Origin: Bugula neritina
Lineage: Eukaryota > Animalia > Bryozoa
Length of the DNA stretch: 64,000 nt
Direction of reading: 5' to 3'
Assembly: GCA_964035545.1 (NCBI GenBank)
Contig: OZ037767.1
Span: forward strand, 4,790,707-4,854,706
Shown: piece by piece, positions 51,730-64,000 of the stretch
Layout of the letters: every line of letters begins with the position of its first letter
Position numbering within the stretch: position 1 is the first letter of the stretch
The notes under the pieces: generated by a model
The model's database searches: none
The model's input: the letters and a program-made list of their open reading frames with translations, nothing else
What the model was told of the DNA's origin: nothing
Translations under genes and position numbers: made by a program

Positions 51730-53236
51730 GTTTTATCCAAGCTGATGGTTCAAGTCAAGTGTTACTGTGAAATTTTTAGCATGCTGTTTATCTATCCGCA
51801 TGTTTATTTAAGGACAAGTTGCTGTACACATCTAAGGGGTGTTACTCAACTCAATGTAAGTGTACTATTACAATTATTATATAATTTTTATATATTTTTT
51901 TCTAAATTATTATAAAACCCCATATGCAAATGGCAATGCAAGCTGTAAATCAATAATTTATTTACTTTTGAAACCCAATAAGCACTTGTTGCACCTCTAA
52001 ACCTCCCCTGTTACATCAAGTCTCTACGTTTCACTATTTCATACGGCCCTGGACAGAGTTTACTATGGAGACTGGAACATATGGCCGGTGTTATCAGTCA
52101 ACTTAGCCGGTTAATGTGTCCATATTTCCAGGCTAGTGCCACGTGTTCATTCGTGTTAAACATCTTGTTTCTTACAATAGTGCAGGCCGAGAAGTGTGAT
52201 GCAATATGCTGATTGCTGCTGTTGCCATCGGCAGCTGCTGTTTTAACTCAGTACCACCTAAAGTTCTAGAATAATCTCATATTTATCAGTCAGTGTGCTA
52301 TAGGTGTAATCAGTAAATAATAGACTTGCATATCCTTGCTTTGTATTTTTGCTTGCAGTTACAATTAGTACTTATACTTGCATTAACTTTACAATTATAC
52401 TTACACTTGTTTGATAATCATACTTACACCTATTTACTAGGTATGCTTATACTTATACAATTTTGAATAGCTAAGTCGAAAAATTATGAAGGAACACAAA
52501 CACACTCATCTTGCATACACCTTTTTGTATGAAAACTAAAAATGCTACAGATACATTTATTTGCCAACAACTTTGTGTACGGCTGAATTTGAACATCAAA
52601 GAGTGCATAGAAGTAGGTGATGGGCATTGATTCAATGACTAACAGTTTATTCCTAGCCATCTAGAAAACAATCTATCTGCCATACGTACCTGGTTGCCAG
52701 AAGCTTATATGTTTCTACAAAATCTACTTTTTGAAAATGAGTCAGCAGAATTGAAGCAGCATAGCAATTTATTAAGCTTTACAGCAATTGCATTGTCAAG
52801 ATAGTGAGTGTTTTATGTAACACAGCATTACAGTTACCTGATTACAATTGCATTATATTCTATTAATTTCAAACTGAAGCAGTAAAATGTTTTGCAATAA
52901 AAAAATAAAACCATCTATTTTTAAGTTGCAGTTTTACATATTCTAGAAAGACTTTGGCACTTTGCACAAACAATGTACATTCTATAGCGCTATCAAGTCT
53001 CTGAGATTGTTGAAAACTAAAGCTGTATGCGACAGCTAATAATATTGGTAACGCATCAGCACTGGTAAAGTACTCTGCATAAGGCGGCTACACATTTATA
53101 ATAAATCTAGAGCAAATAATTTTTAAGCCACAACTTCAGTCAAGATTCCCGGAAACAGTTCTCGTTCAGTTGCTGGAAGCAGAGAAAATAACAATCAGCA
53201 CTACTATTACTAATATGAGTAGTCATTCGGGCTCTT

Positions 53237-54600
53237 TTAGAATCGGGTAGTTATCTTGCCATTCACCGACTCAATCCCATTAATCTTATCATCATCAGCA
53301 GAACTTAGCCGGGAGTCTTTTTCAGTTTCAGTTTCAGTATCAGTTGCATCATCTCCATCAGATTCGTCCAATCGGTTGTTAACAAATCGAAGGTACTTCC
53401 TGTCGAGTCGACCAGTTTTCATCAACCAATCCGTGCCCCAAGATACGCCAATAATCAGTCCGAACCCAACAAGCATGGCTATTGACTTGTACGGGAAATA
53501 CTGAGTGTTGGTCTCGGCGTCATACCACGGGAAGTGCACAGTTGCCTGCCAGTTCAGGAAAGACTCCCCTCCTAGAAGCCTGAAGATCAGCGAGACGACG
53601 AATCCTGTAGGAAAAGTAACAGATTTATATTTGCATGAACTTTATAAAACTCCACTGAAATATGGATCTGGTTAAAATTTCACATAAATTATTGTTACAA
53701 ATTTTTCAATTTTTACATTTTACGTTTTTGTGAACATTGGCACCACATAGAAAGGCATTTCAAATTTAGGCTGTTGAAAATCATACTGATTCAGTTGTTA
53801 GCCTTTTATTAGAGTTATTTGCACAAGTATAGCACAGTTAATAAAGTCGTCCAATGAGAGTGTTGAAATTAACCCACCGACGAACGAGCCAAAAGTGTTG
53901 TAAGAAGGAAGGAAAATGGCACAGGTGAGTTGAGGGAAGAGCAGCACATAGACAAAGTCACCACACATGACGAGGAGGCCGTACACTGACTTGAAGGTAA
54001 GAGCTAAGACGGCAGCGACAGCGCAGAACACTACAGAAGCAGCTCTCATCACCCATATAACTTCCCGAGCCCCTGCCTACAATAGCATACGTATCATATT
54101 ACATTATATATAAATACTATATAATATAGCGGATAGTATATAATATATGTATTATAATACATAGTATATAAATACTATATATAGTGGATAGTATAGGTAT
54201 TATAATACATTATACATAAATACTAAATATAGTGGATAGTATATAGTAGATGTATTATAATACATAGCATTTACACTAAATTTTGCAACATGTTTTCATG
54301 TCTGTGATTTATAATAATAAATCAATTAATTATACTATATATAGTGGATAGTATGATGCCTATACTATAAATACTACTATACATACTATACATAATATAC
54401 ATGCTATGCATACATGCAGCATACATTTAATGTTAAATAATATTATATTATGTTGATTACAAAATATATTGTATAATACATGTATATATGCATAATACAC
54501 AAGATTAATATACATATACTCTGAAGATGAACACAGTGGTGTCTGAAATGTTAGCTTATTTTGATAAATAAAGTAGTAAGCAAATAAATTGTTTCTCGTG

Positions 54601-54639
<39 letters not shown>

Positions 54640-55854
54640 ATTATATATACATGCAGTATATATGCACTCTATATAAATTACATATGAATTATATATAGTC
54701 AAAATAAAATGTGTGTATGCGTGTGTACAGACACAATATATTGTGTATAGAATATCTTTGTATATTCCTGAATTATAAATATATACTGTATAAAATAAAC
54801 TGCATATCATGTGTACAAGACCGCTACATACACTCTGTAGAAGCATTTCATAGCAACCTTCACCATATGAAGCACAACTCCTCAACTGTAGGCCACTTAG
54901 TCTAACTGTAAAATAGCTAGCCAATGGTTTGCAGGTGCTTGAGTCATGCACACAAAATCATTACATGAATTTGCAGTATGAAACTATTACATAATTTCCA
55001 ATTTTATACAACAAAATTTAAATAATACACATCTGTTGGTAGTAAAATATAGTAAATATGGCCTATAATGTTTCAAATTTCAATAAATTATATATCAACA
55101 TTTAAAAACTCACTTAAATGTTCTGAAAAACTTGCAAATACAATATTAGCGTTATATAACATATAATATAGTACTTTAATTCACCCTGTATGCAAATTAG
55201 CTCTATACCACTTTTATTTTTTGATCTATTCTTTAAGCTTTTGTCGACAGCCCTATATATTACTTTTTATTGTGTAACTTTTTAAATTACTTTTATATTG
55301 TGTATTAGGCCACTAATACATAATATATACTTCAGATCCTCATGGTAACCAGCATTCATTCACTAATCAGAAGCTTTGTACTTTTATTTCAGGAGTTATT
55401 CTCTCTATAATAAAGGTTGGGTTAATACTTTTGCAGTGTAAATCAAAACTCTAAATACACCACAGCATGCACTTGGGGATTTAGATGCAGGTATTTAGGA
55501 TAATATAACGTAACACATACCTGGGTTATAGATGCAGGTATTTAGGATAATATAAAGTAACACATACCTGAGGTCTAAACACAGGCTTGTAGACATTCTG
55601 GGCAAACATTGTGCTGGAGCTGAGCATAGACGAGTCAGCAGATGACATAACGGCAGCAGAGACAGCTCCTAGTCCTATGATAGCCACAACAGGTGGTGTC
55701 AGGTACTGCAGTACTAACGGCACTATGAATCTACCGTCAACTTTTCCTTCATCATCCACTCCAGTGTAATCAGTTTGATTCCAATCTGATACAGATAACA
55801 GAGCTTAAGAATACAACATTGGTGGTGGTGGTGTGTGTATGTGTGTGTATGTGT

Positions 55855-55890
<36 letters not shown>

Positions 55891-58800
55891 GTGTGTGTGT
55901 GCGTGTGTGTCCGTGTGTATGTGTCCATGTGTGTGTGCGTGTGTGTGAGAGAGTGATGAGATAAAATCATTATTCTCTCATACTGTCAGTTTCTCAAACT
56001 CCCTACCCTATAAGTCATAGAAATAAATATTATAGAACAAACAGCATCAGTCTGCACACTTATACTGTGAATGTGTGGGTCAGCATAGTATTAGAATATA
56101 AATACAAAACAATAGCATCTACATGACTAGACAGACAGCAGAAATCATATTACTTATTATTTAGTGGCGTATGAAATGAAAATCCTCCAGTGAATAGATA
56201 TTTCGGTAAATGACGAGTGTTAAAAATTGAGGAGCAGAATATTTGCATTTACCAGTGGCGTAGCCAATAACCCCCATAAACATAGGGGGGATAGCCATGA
56301 GGAAACAGCCAATCCCTCCTAATATTGACAGCACCTGCGCACCCCTGGGAGTCCTGCTAGCTAGAACTCTCTGGAAGTACACCTACAACACCATGATATA
56401 CTCAGAATGTAACCGTGTAGAGGCTTTCTTATAATAAGCTGAAGCTAGTTACCCATATAGTAAGCTACTGGTAATAGAATAGAGGTAAAGGTTGGCTGAA
56501 TGGCTAGCATATCCCTCATAAAACAAACTATCAAACAGTTGAGGTATGAAACCACATACGCCAGTAAAAAAGAAAAACATGTTCACCAAATGAAGTAATG
56601 TAGAAAATATGAATGCTGGTAACAGACATGCAAAGTAGCACCTGAATATTGTAAGCAACATTGTACAAATAACATTACAGATACCACAGTATTGATGAAA
56701 TGGTGGTATCTGTATTGTGAATGGCATTGCAAATGATGCCGTAAAAACTTGTACAAATGTAATATATATAAGCTGAAAACATTCATAAAAATAACTTTTC
56801 ATTTTAAGTAATTTTACTCTAAATCTACAAGTCCATAAAAATATCATTATGGAAACCTATAAGAACCAAGCGATAAAGGCAGTGTGTAGTAAAAAGTTTT
56901 AGAAAGTAAAATATTATGTTGAGTGTTGGTCTATGCTAGCTATAAATCTATATCTTAGGGTATAACAGTAAAGGTAATCATACAAGTCATTATAGGGCTG
57001 TAAAGTATCTGCTACTCACTTTACAATGCATGTCAAATCGGATTACACAAACATTGGAAACAAATTATTATGTATGAATGGGTTATTTGATTTAAGTCAA
57101 AAGTTTTAACCATTGAGCTCAATGTCATACCTGATTATACAAACATTGGAATTTAATTATCATGTATAATTTGTTTCTCTGTACGAAATAACATGTTGAA
57201 TGGGTTATTTGATTTGAGTCGAAGGCTTTAACCACTAAGCTCTAACCTGCCATGGAATGCCACCGAATATGATATGCAGGTAGGTGTCTATATACATGCC
57301 CCATGACTTCCCTTCCACGTAGCCTAACCAACCAACTGAGGTAGAATTTGCGGCAGGCGCAAACAGGTCCCCTACAGCTTCATGCTTGAGTGCAAAGGGC
57401 ACGGCTGTTACCTGCAAGGTAATTAATTATTATTTCAATGTTGTACAGAGGCATAGTTGTTTATATAAAAATTTGAATGAAGGATGAAGCATTTTAGTTG
57501 GCATATAAATGTAACACTTTGTATGGCTATATGCTGTATCAAACACTTGTAAATATATTATATTCATAAGTTGTAATTGAAATCACAATCTGTACACTCA
57601 TATGAGTCATAGTAAGAGTAGAAGACTATAAAGATATCGCAGTAATATGTTGGAGAAATACCACACAATTTGAATGTGTAGGATTTAGAAGGGGCTATCT
57701 TGTTGGTTATTAAATATAAAATAAGTAAACAAAATTCTAATAACAGCACAATCAGCCGACCAGCTTGATGCTCAAAAGTTTGAATGTATAATGTATGGAA
57801 GGGGTTATTTTATTTATTAAATATAACATGAGTCAAGAAAGTTAGAATAACACGTACCAGTCCAGCAGCAATACATAGGAGTTGAATAACATCTGTGTAC
57901 ACAACAGATGCCAGTCCACCTATCACTACGTACAGTAATGCTACACATGCTGATATGATTACAGATATCCACATTTCTAGACCAATAATCACTGATAGGG
58001 TTGAACCTGTAATACAATAATTATACACACCTTCCCTCACTCATTCAACATGCACTAGCTGAAAATCCGAGTACAAGCAAACATTGTAACATCTGCACAC
58101 CATCCTAAAAGCTTTCAAACAATTTTCAGATATTAGCTGAGAGGAATTGAGCAACGTGTGAAAGAAGATATTTATGTGTCATGGAAAAGTCTTGCTTCAG
58201 GTGTAGATTATGGCTGGCCTGTTTACATGCTTTGAGAAACTAGTATTGGGCTCATCAAAGGAGAGCAAATTATAGATCTTAATCTATGAAAGGAAATATG
58301 TACAAAGAATTTGAAGTAGATAAGAAGCGCAGCATGTAGTCTTCCAAAGCTGTGGGTATCTGCCAAACTGTAGAGACATTACATAACAAAGGTGACAGTA
58401 TGATATTACCAGCTAACAAAAAGTTCCTGAAGAGAAATGTAAGTTCATGGTGATTAGCTTTTACTTTGCCAAAATAAGAATAAGAAAAATTGGCACTAGT
58501 TAGGATTTGGGTGCAGTAATGAAGAAATTGAGAGCCTAGGTTAGAGGTTGAGGTTCTAGGTTAGAAATGTAACAGAAGAAGCTATGTTCTCGTTAGAATT
58601 CCAACCTTTGCCCCAAAACCAAAACTTATTAGGAAAATTAAAAGACTTGGCTATTAAAATTTCTCTATACCACTGCACCTTAATGGTGCTATTTATTGAG
58701 TAAAAGTAATTTATTTACCAAAATTCTTGTTAGAATTTTGTTATAAAAAGCAAATAAATTTTAACTCAGCAGAGCTAGCCACATATTATTTTCTAGCTAG

Positions 58801-60491
58801 CTCTGTACGTATAGATTCTTCAAGTAAGCTGGTAACAAGGAGAAGTGGACTAAGTTTCACTATTCCTGATCAAATCATTCATATGTATTCCTTGAAAAGT
58901 ACAGAAAAGAGCAGAGTAAAACTAACTCTTAAATGCAATTATAGTAGAGTATTTGAATGAATGCTAATAAACTTGATGCATATACCTAAAGAACCAAGAA
59001 TAGCTGCACTCCAGAAAATCTCTCCACAAACTGCGGGAAGTACCATTACAGCCCCCATCCAATTTCCCAGTCTCTTTTGGAATGGGTCTATCATTGTCAT
59101 GTACCCAGCTTCTCTCATTGGTTTGGCAAAGATGATTCCAGCTTTAAAAAGTATAACATGTCTCAGTATAATGAGAACTACAAACTATACTGTGACATGT
59201 ACTGAGAATTTATTATCAATTTGTTGAGGCAACAAATCATTCTATGAACTGAGGCTACAGAATATCTCAGCTAATTTTTCCTTTGCCCTGCATTCAGATA
59301 GTAAAGTATACATATGAAATTACAACACTATCAAAAACAAAATAAGGTTTAAAAATAAGAATATAAAATGCATAAAAAATTCATAAATTTTGTTGAAAAA
59401 ACCTCTAGCTGAGGGCTTTTAGGTATACTTGAAGTTGCATCTCTAACAAAGCACAACCTCTGATTAAACTGCCCCACCTTGACACGCGTTAGGTCAAGCA
59501 AATGACAAATATTTATGTTCATATTAATAATAAATTCCAAAGTAGGTTAACAATAATTACAGGTTTATAAACAGTGTCTGCCTGCCAACTTATCATTCTG
59601 TATACAATCAATTAGGTGTGCCAAGTGTTTGATCCATCTGGCAAAATATTTTTCCAGAATTTTCCAAGTTTCCAGTTTTTCCTGCTATTAATTTTATTTT
59701 CAGGACAATCATCCTTTTAGAATTAGTTTAATTTAACAGAAAAACCTGGTAAATTCTATTCAATAAGATAAAAATCGTAACACATCAGAAAGAGCAAATA
59801 CCTAGAACTAGGCTGAGTGAATAACCAACTGGGGCCTGGACCCAAGCTAAGCCACCACCTGTTCCATCAACTGCCAAGTAAACTGCTTCAGCTGTACCAT
59901 TTATGTATCCTCCACCAACCCATGTTGCTGTCATGGTGAACACACCGACAATCTGCAGCATAAAACATGCTAAGGTAGAATCTACAGCAAATATTTGAAT
60001 TGAATAACTACGCAGCCTTCTGACACACTAGAATTTGGTGGAAGCTAAACCCTAGTACATTTTGTTAATGCTTTTAAATAACCAATAGTACATTACTGGT
60101 TATATATCCAGTAGAACTGTGTAAAATTTTCCAGTAGCTGGTAAGTTCATTTATCAGGAGATATCATAGGGGTAGAGTAAAAAGTAGCTTGAACAATTTT
60201 AAAATTTGTAAATTTGATAGTTTGCATTTGTTTAAAAACCACCAAAAAAGTAATTTAGCAATTTAGAAATTATATACATGACTTAATTTTAGCCTAAATT
60301 TATCATTGCATATAAAACTAAACAATGAGACGTAACCATACCATGCCGATGTTTCTTCCTGCCAACATAGTTTCTGTGGTGCTAGACTTGGCAGACCTGG
60401 CTAGCTGTTTCCTGCCAGCCACTATCCCCACAATCAGTATTATAAGATAAAAAATGAGAACAGCCACCAGACCCCACACATTCTCCACCAT
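53237..60491 (-). CDS. SLC5A7: High-affinity choline transporter 1-like (SLC5A7 family, sodium:solute symporter), paralog A, complete, 9 exons
   Basis: Exons at approximately 60491-60342, 59952-59802, 59142-58986, 58006-57858, 57411-57248, 56382-56253, 55785-55568, 54075-53878 and 53604-53237. Motifs: [102 protein letters not shown]. Confidence 0.92.
54100..54400. repeat. Degenerate AT-rich tandem repeat (tataaatactatatatagtggatagtata-like)
   Basis: About four imperfect copies in an SLC5A7 intron; a (TA)n run follows at 54603-54632. Confidence 0.75.
55820..55948. repeat. (GGT)n/(GT)n compound microsatellite
   Basis: Directly visible. Confidence 0.95.
57040..57243. repeat. Diverged tandem duplication (~90 and ~110 bp) next to a donor site
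   Basis: gattacacaaacattggaa...tgaatgggttatttgatttaagtcaaaagttttaaccattgagctc is repeated with an insertion. Confidence 0.75.
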
Positions 60492-61854
60492 TTTGAGTAT
60501 AGTGACAAGTTGAAGCAAGTGCTTGTTGTGATACACTCTCAGCTAACGCACTGACACTAATGAATGGAGGAGCCTTTGCTGCACAGCATTGTCTCCTGAT
60601 GTAATAAGTGTGCGTAACCGTGGCAACCATTTCAGTGTACCGAATGACAGGAGCAATGAATGGGCACACAAGTAATTCAAACACAGCTTTGCAGCTGCAT
60701 TTAGACAACCATCAGAATAATATAGCATTTGGTATGCAGTAATTCTTAGTTTTCGCTCAGCTGGAGTTCTAGAAGCCTGAAGTGATCTTGGAAAATTACT
60801 CATCATTTATTATATGACAAAATTTCAACTTGGAAAATTACTTACTAAAGCATGCAACTGGGAATGGAATTCTAGTTTGAATATTTAGCTGCTAAAATTT
60901 TATAACCTATGTTCTTTCATTATCTCTATGAGTTTTGGTTTAGACTTTAGAATGTAAAAGTTGAAGCAACTTCTTTTGTGACTTTTTTATCTAGAACACC
61001 AAATTTCTCAAACCCAGCAACTGCCTCAGTTTAGCATAGCATGAACTCACTAGGCGAAAGTATCACAAACATTGAGTAAAACTTTTCCATACAAAATCCG
61101 AATCACTAAAAAGATAAAAACTTGTTTGGGGAAATTATCTCCCCCAAGTGTTGAGTATTTGATGAGCAAAATACTGAATTTTTTTAGACGGAAATACAGG
61201 AAAATTTATGCTCTAATTTTCTTGGGTTATTTAATTTAAATTAGGCCTAGATATTTTATTGATCGAAATGTTTGCTTTATTTTTTTCTCAGTGGTTTCCA
61301 GCATTTTCATACAGTAATACTTTCAAATAACGTTAACTGCTTGTGCTAGTCCATGTCTAGACTCCAATGTAATGTCTAGACCTCTATAAACAAATTGAAA
61401 TAATGATTCAAAAGATGAGACAACTCTACTGATGTACCGAAAAAAAACTCCGTTTAAAAAATAAAAACAAGAAATTAAAAATCTATTTTTGGCAAAAAAA
61501 TTGTTCATTATGAAGTGCAAAGCTAAAAATGGAAATACTCAAAGATAAATGAAAAAAAGTGCTGCATATAAACATCTGCACTGCATAATATAAATATCCT
61601 AATTTGGTAATAAGCTATCTGCATGTACACCGTACAGTTGACAGGCTAACTTGTCATCATGTTACACAGTTTTTAAGAAGCTCCATTCAAATAGTCTACC
61701 CATTGGCTAAAATTACAAATAGAAAAAGGTCCAGCAATTCCCTGTCTTTCAGATAAGCTTTTGATAAAAATGCTAGATATCTGACCTTTTCAGCTAGTTG
61801 ACCCCGCGCTGTCTCCCAGATCACATTTACTAAACTAGAGCAGCGTACTGTGTG

Positions 61855-63855
61855 TTATAACTTGGTGGAAGTGTCACTGGCGTAATCCATACCCTCATTG
61901 ATCTCCCCAAGTTTCCCGTCACCATCTTCTTCTTCCGCTGCAGCAGTGGCATAGAGTCTGTTGTTTATCTTGTGTAGCCACTTCCTATTCAGCCTCCCCG
62001 ACTCCATGAGCCGGTCGGTGACGTACGAGACCATGAGCATGACAAATAGACCAATCAGCATGCACAGAGTTTTGTACGGGAAATACTGCCGATTAGTCTC
62101 GGAGTCGTACCAAGGAAATGCAACGACAGCTTTCCAGTTGAGCAGAGCCTCACCTCCTAGCAATCTCACTGCCAGAGATACAAGGAACCCTGCAGAAACA
62201 AATCTCAGTTCTAGAAAATTCCGGAAACAGGAATACAATGTTTCAAGACTGTGACACTACACTGAGCTAAATACAGGCGTCTCTACTTGTATTGGAAGTT
62301 AGCAATAATGAAATGAATAATTATAGAGCATCATCTGTACATACTGTAGAGAGCAGCCATAGTCTGGGGGTTAGAGCACTGACTTAGTAAACACGAAGTC
62401 ATAGGTTTGAATCCCTGACAAAGGCCATTGGTGATGTTAGCAAGAGCATCCAGTCATAATTTTTGCTGTGTCACATATGAATAATTCCTCAACCCACTTT
62501 GAAAAAAACTTTTTCCACCAGGGTTCTGACAGGGGGGAGGGGGGATAGTGACCATAAATTTGCATGAGTTTATTTGTACATACTTTGATTATAGAAAAAC
62601 CAGTAGTAGAAGATACAGAAAATACATTAAATAGCACAAAGCAAACAATACACTAACTACACTACATCACACTACACTACACTACACTGCATACATTACG
62701 CTGCACTACATTACACACTGCACTACATTGCAATACACTGCACTACATTACACTACATTATATTACACTACTCTACACTGCACTACACTTTTTTCAAATG
62801 GACGGTTTGAGAATAGGATACAATATAGGGTAGGCAACTAATATATAATATAATCATGTTCACACAGAAAGACACACTCATTATGCTAATAGTATCACTC
62901 AGCTATTTATAACATAGCGAGATCTAATGAAGTGAACTAACCAGTGAGAGATCCGAAAGTGTTGAACCATGAAACGAACATGACGGAGAGGAGTTGGGGG
63001 AAGAGCAGCACATACACAAAGTCTCCACACATGACAAACAGGCCATATACAGTCTGTATGGTTATAGCCAAGACGGCAGCGATAGAACAAAAGACGACAG
63101 CAGCTAATCTCATCACCCATATGACTTCTCTGTCACTAGCCTGCGTAATAGTGTGTTATATTACATGTAGTATTATATAGTATTATGTGCAGTGTATTAT
63201 ATATACTACATGTAGTGTATTATATAGTATTATATGTAGTGTATAATATAGTATTATATGTGGTGTATTATATAGTATTATATGTAGTGTATGTTATAGT
63301 ATATACACTATATCATATACTATATACAATGTATTATATTACAAGCAATATATAATATTGTATGTGGTACATTATATACGATATGACATATTTCAATTAA
63401 TATGTGATATAGTATATTATACAGTATAGTATAGCATAATGTGTATGGTATAATGTAGTATATATACAGTATGATATACAGTAGCAATCTCAGTGTAATA
63501 TATGCTATACTATATACAGCATATAATATCATAGTATTGTAGAATGCATAGTGCAACATAATAGCCCTTGTAACATAACGTAACAGATACCTGGGATATA
63601 GATGCAGGTATTAAGGATAATATAAAGTAACACATACCTGAGGTCTAAACACGGGCTTGTAGACATTCTGGGCAAACATTGTGCTGGAGCTGAGCATAGA
63701 TGAGTCAGCGGATGACATAACGGCAGCAGAGACAGCTCCTAGTCCTATGATAGCCACAACAGGTGGTGTCAGGTACTGCAGCACTAACGGCACTATCAGA
63801 TTAGGCCGTACTGTGCCATCATCCAACACTCCGCTGTATGCAGTCCGGTTCCAGT
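61855..63855 (-). CDS. SLC5A7: SLC5A7-like transporter, paralog B, last three exons (5' part lies beyond the window end)
   Basis: Exons at approximately 63855-63638, 63140-62942 and 62189-61855, with the same intron positions and phases as paralog A. Motifs: [49 protein letters not shown]; ends DTSTKL*. Confidence 0.92.
62352..62500 (+). mobile_element. tRNA-derived SINE-like element (degenerate)
   Basis: A-box-like TAGTCTGGGGG, then TTAGAGCACTGACTTAGTAA and B-box-like GGTTTGAATCC (62404-62414), with tRNA-like spacing and a non-tRNA body downstream. There is no intact acceptor stem. Confidence 0.6.
62655..62788. repeat. (ACTAC)n-like pentanucleotide satellite
   Basis: Directly visible imperfect 5-bp repeat. 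Confidence 0.9.
63148..63305. repeat. Degenerate minisatellite (tagtattatatgtagtgtattata-like)
   Basis: Repeated units immediately adjacent to the acceptor at 63140. Confidence 0.8.
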
Positions 63856-64000
63856 CTAAAATACCACCAATACGGCCTGGTTAGTATCTCTTGTCAAATA
63901 TTGCTTCGTGGTTAACATTTTGCACTGTGTCTACAGTTATTTTACTTTACATACATCTGATGTAAAAAAGAACTTTTTTGAGTTTTAGCAATTTGGAAAG

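Noticed and set aside
53256-53504. Antisense ORFs over SLC5A7 exons (also 58961..59227, 61961..62254, 62944..63180, 63681..63884)
   Set aside because: They are shadow frames opposite real coding exons.
58536-58566. Telomere-like TTAGG/GGTTAG words
   Set aside because: Too short and irregular to call an interstitial telomeric array.
62352-62425. Functional tRNA gene
   Set aside because: The B box is mutated, there is no paired acceptor stem or oligo-T terminator, and a SINE head explains it better.

Overview
AT-rich, intron-containing animal genomic DNA (invertebrate-like; the taxon is not determinable from the sequence). I assembled seven protein-coding genes by hand, joining exons with matching splice phase. 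Six are on the - strand: an ALK/LTK-family receptor tyrosine kinase (extracellular part only, running off the window start), POLE2, a two-pore channel of the TPC3 type, a countin-like saposin-domain secreted protein, and two tandem SLC5A7/CHT1-like transporters (the second truncated by the window end). One is on the + strand: a single-exon WBP4, head-to-head with POLE2. The rest is introns and intergenic DNA with micro- and minisatellites, a tRNA-derived SINE-like element and faint transposon relics. Most ORFs in the supplied track are exon fragments or spurious. The most interesting observations are: (1) an apparent internal alternative first exon with its own signal peptide, which would let one locus make both a MAM-containing ALK-like and a MAM-less LTK-like receptor; (2) a gene-conversion tract between the SLC5A7 paralogs; (3) loss of a choline-pocket aromatic pair in both paralogs; and (4) AGT/ACT/TAG-rich tracts confined to promoter-proximal DNA. 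No searches or alignments were run; family assignments come from motif recognition.
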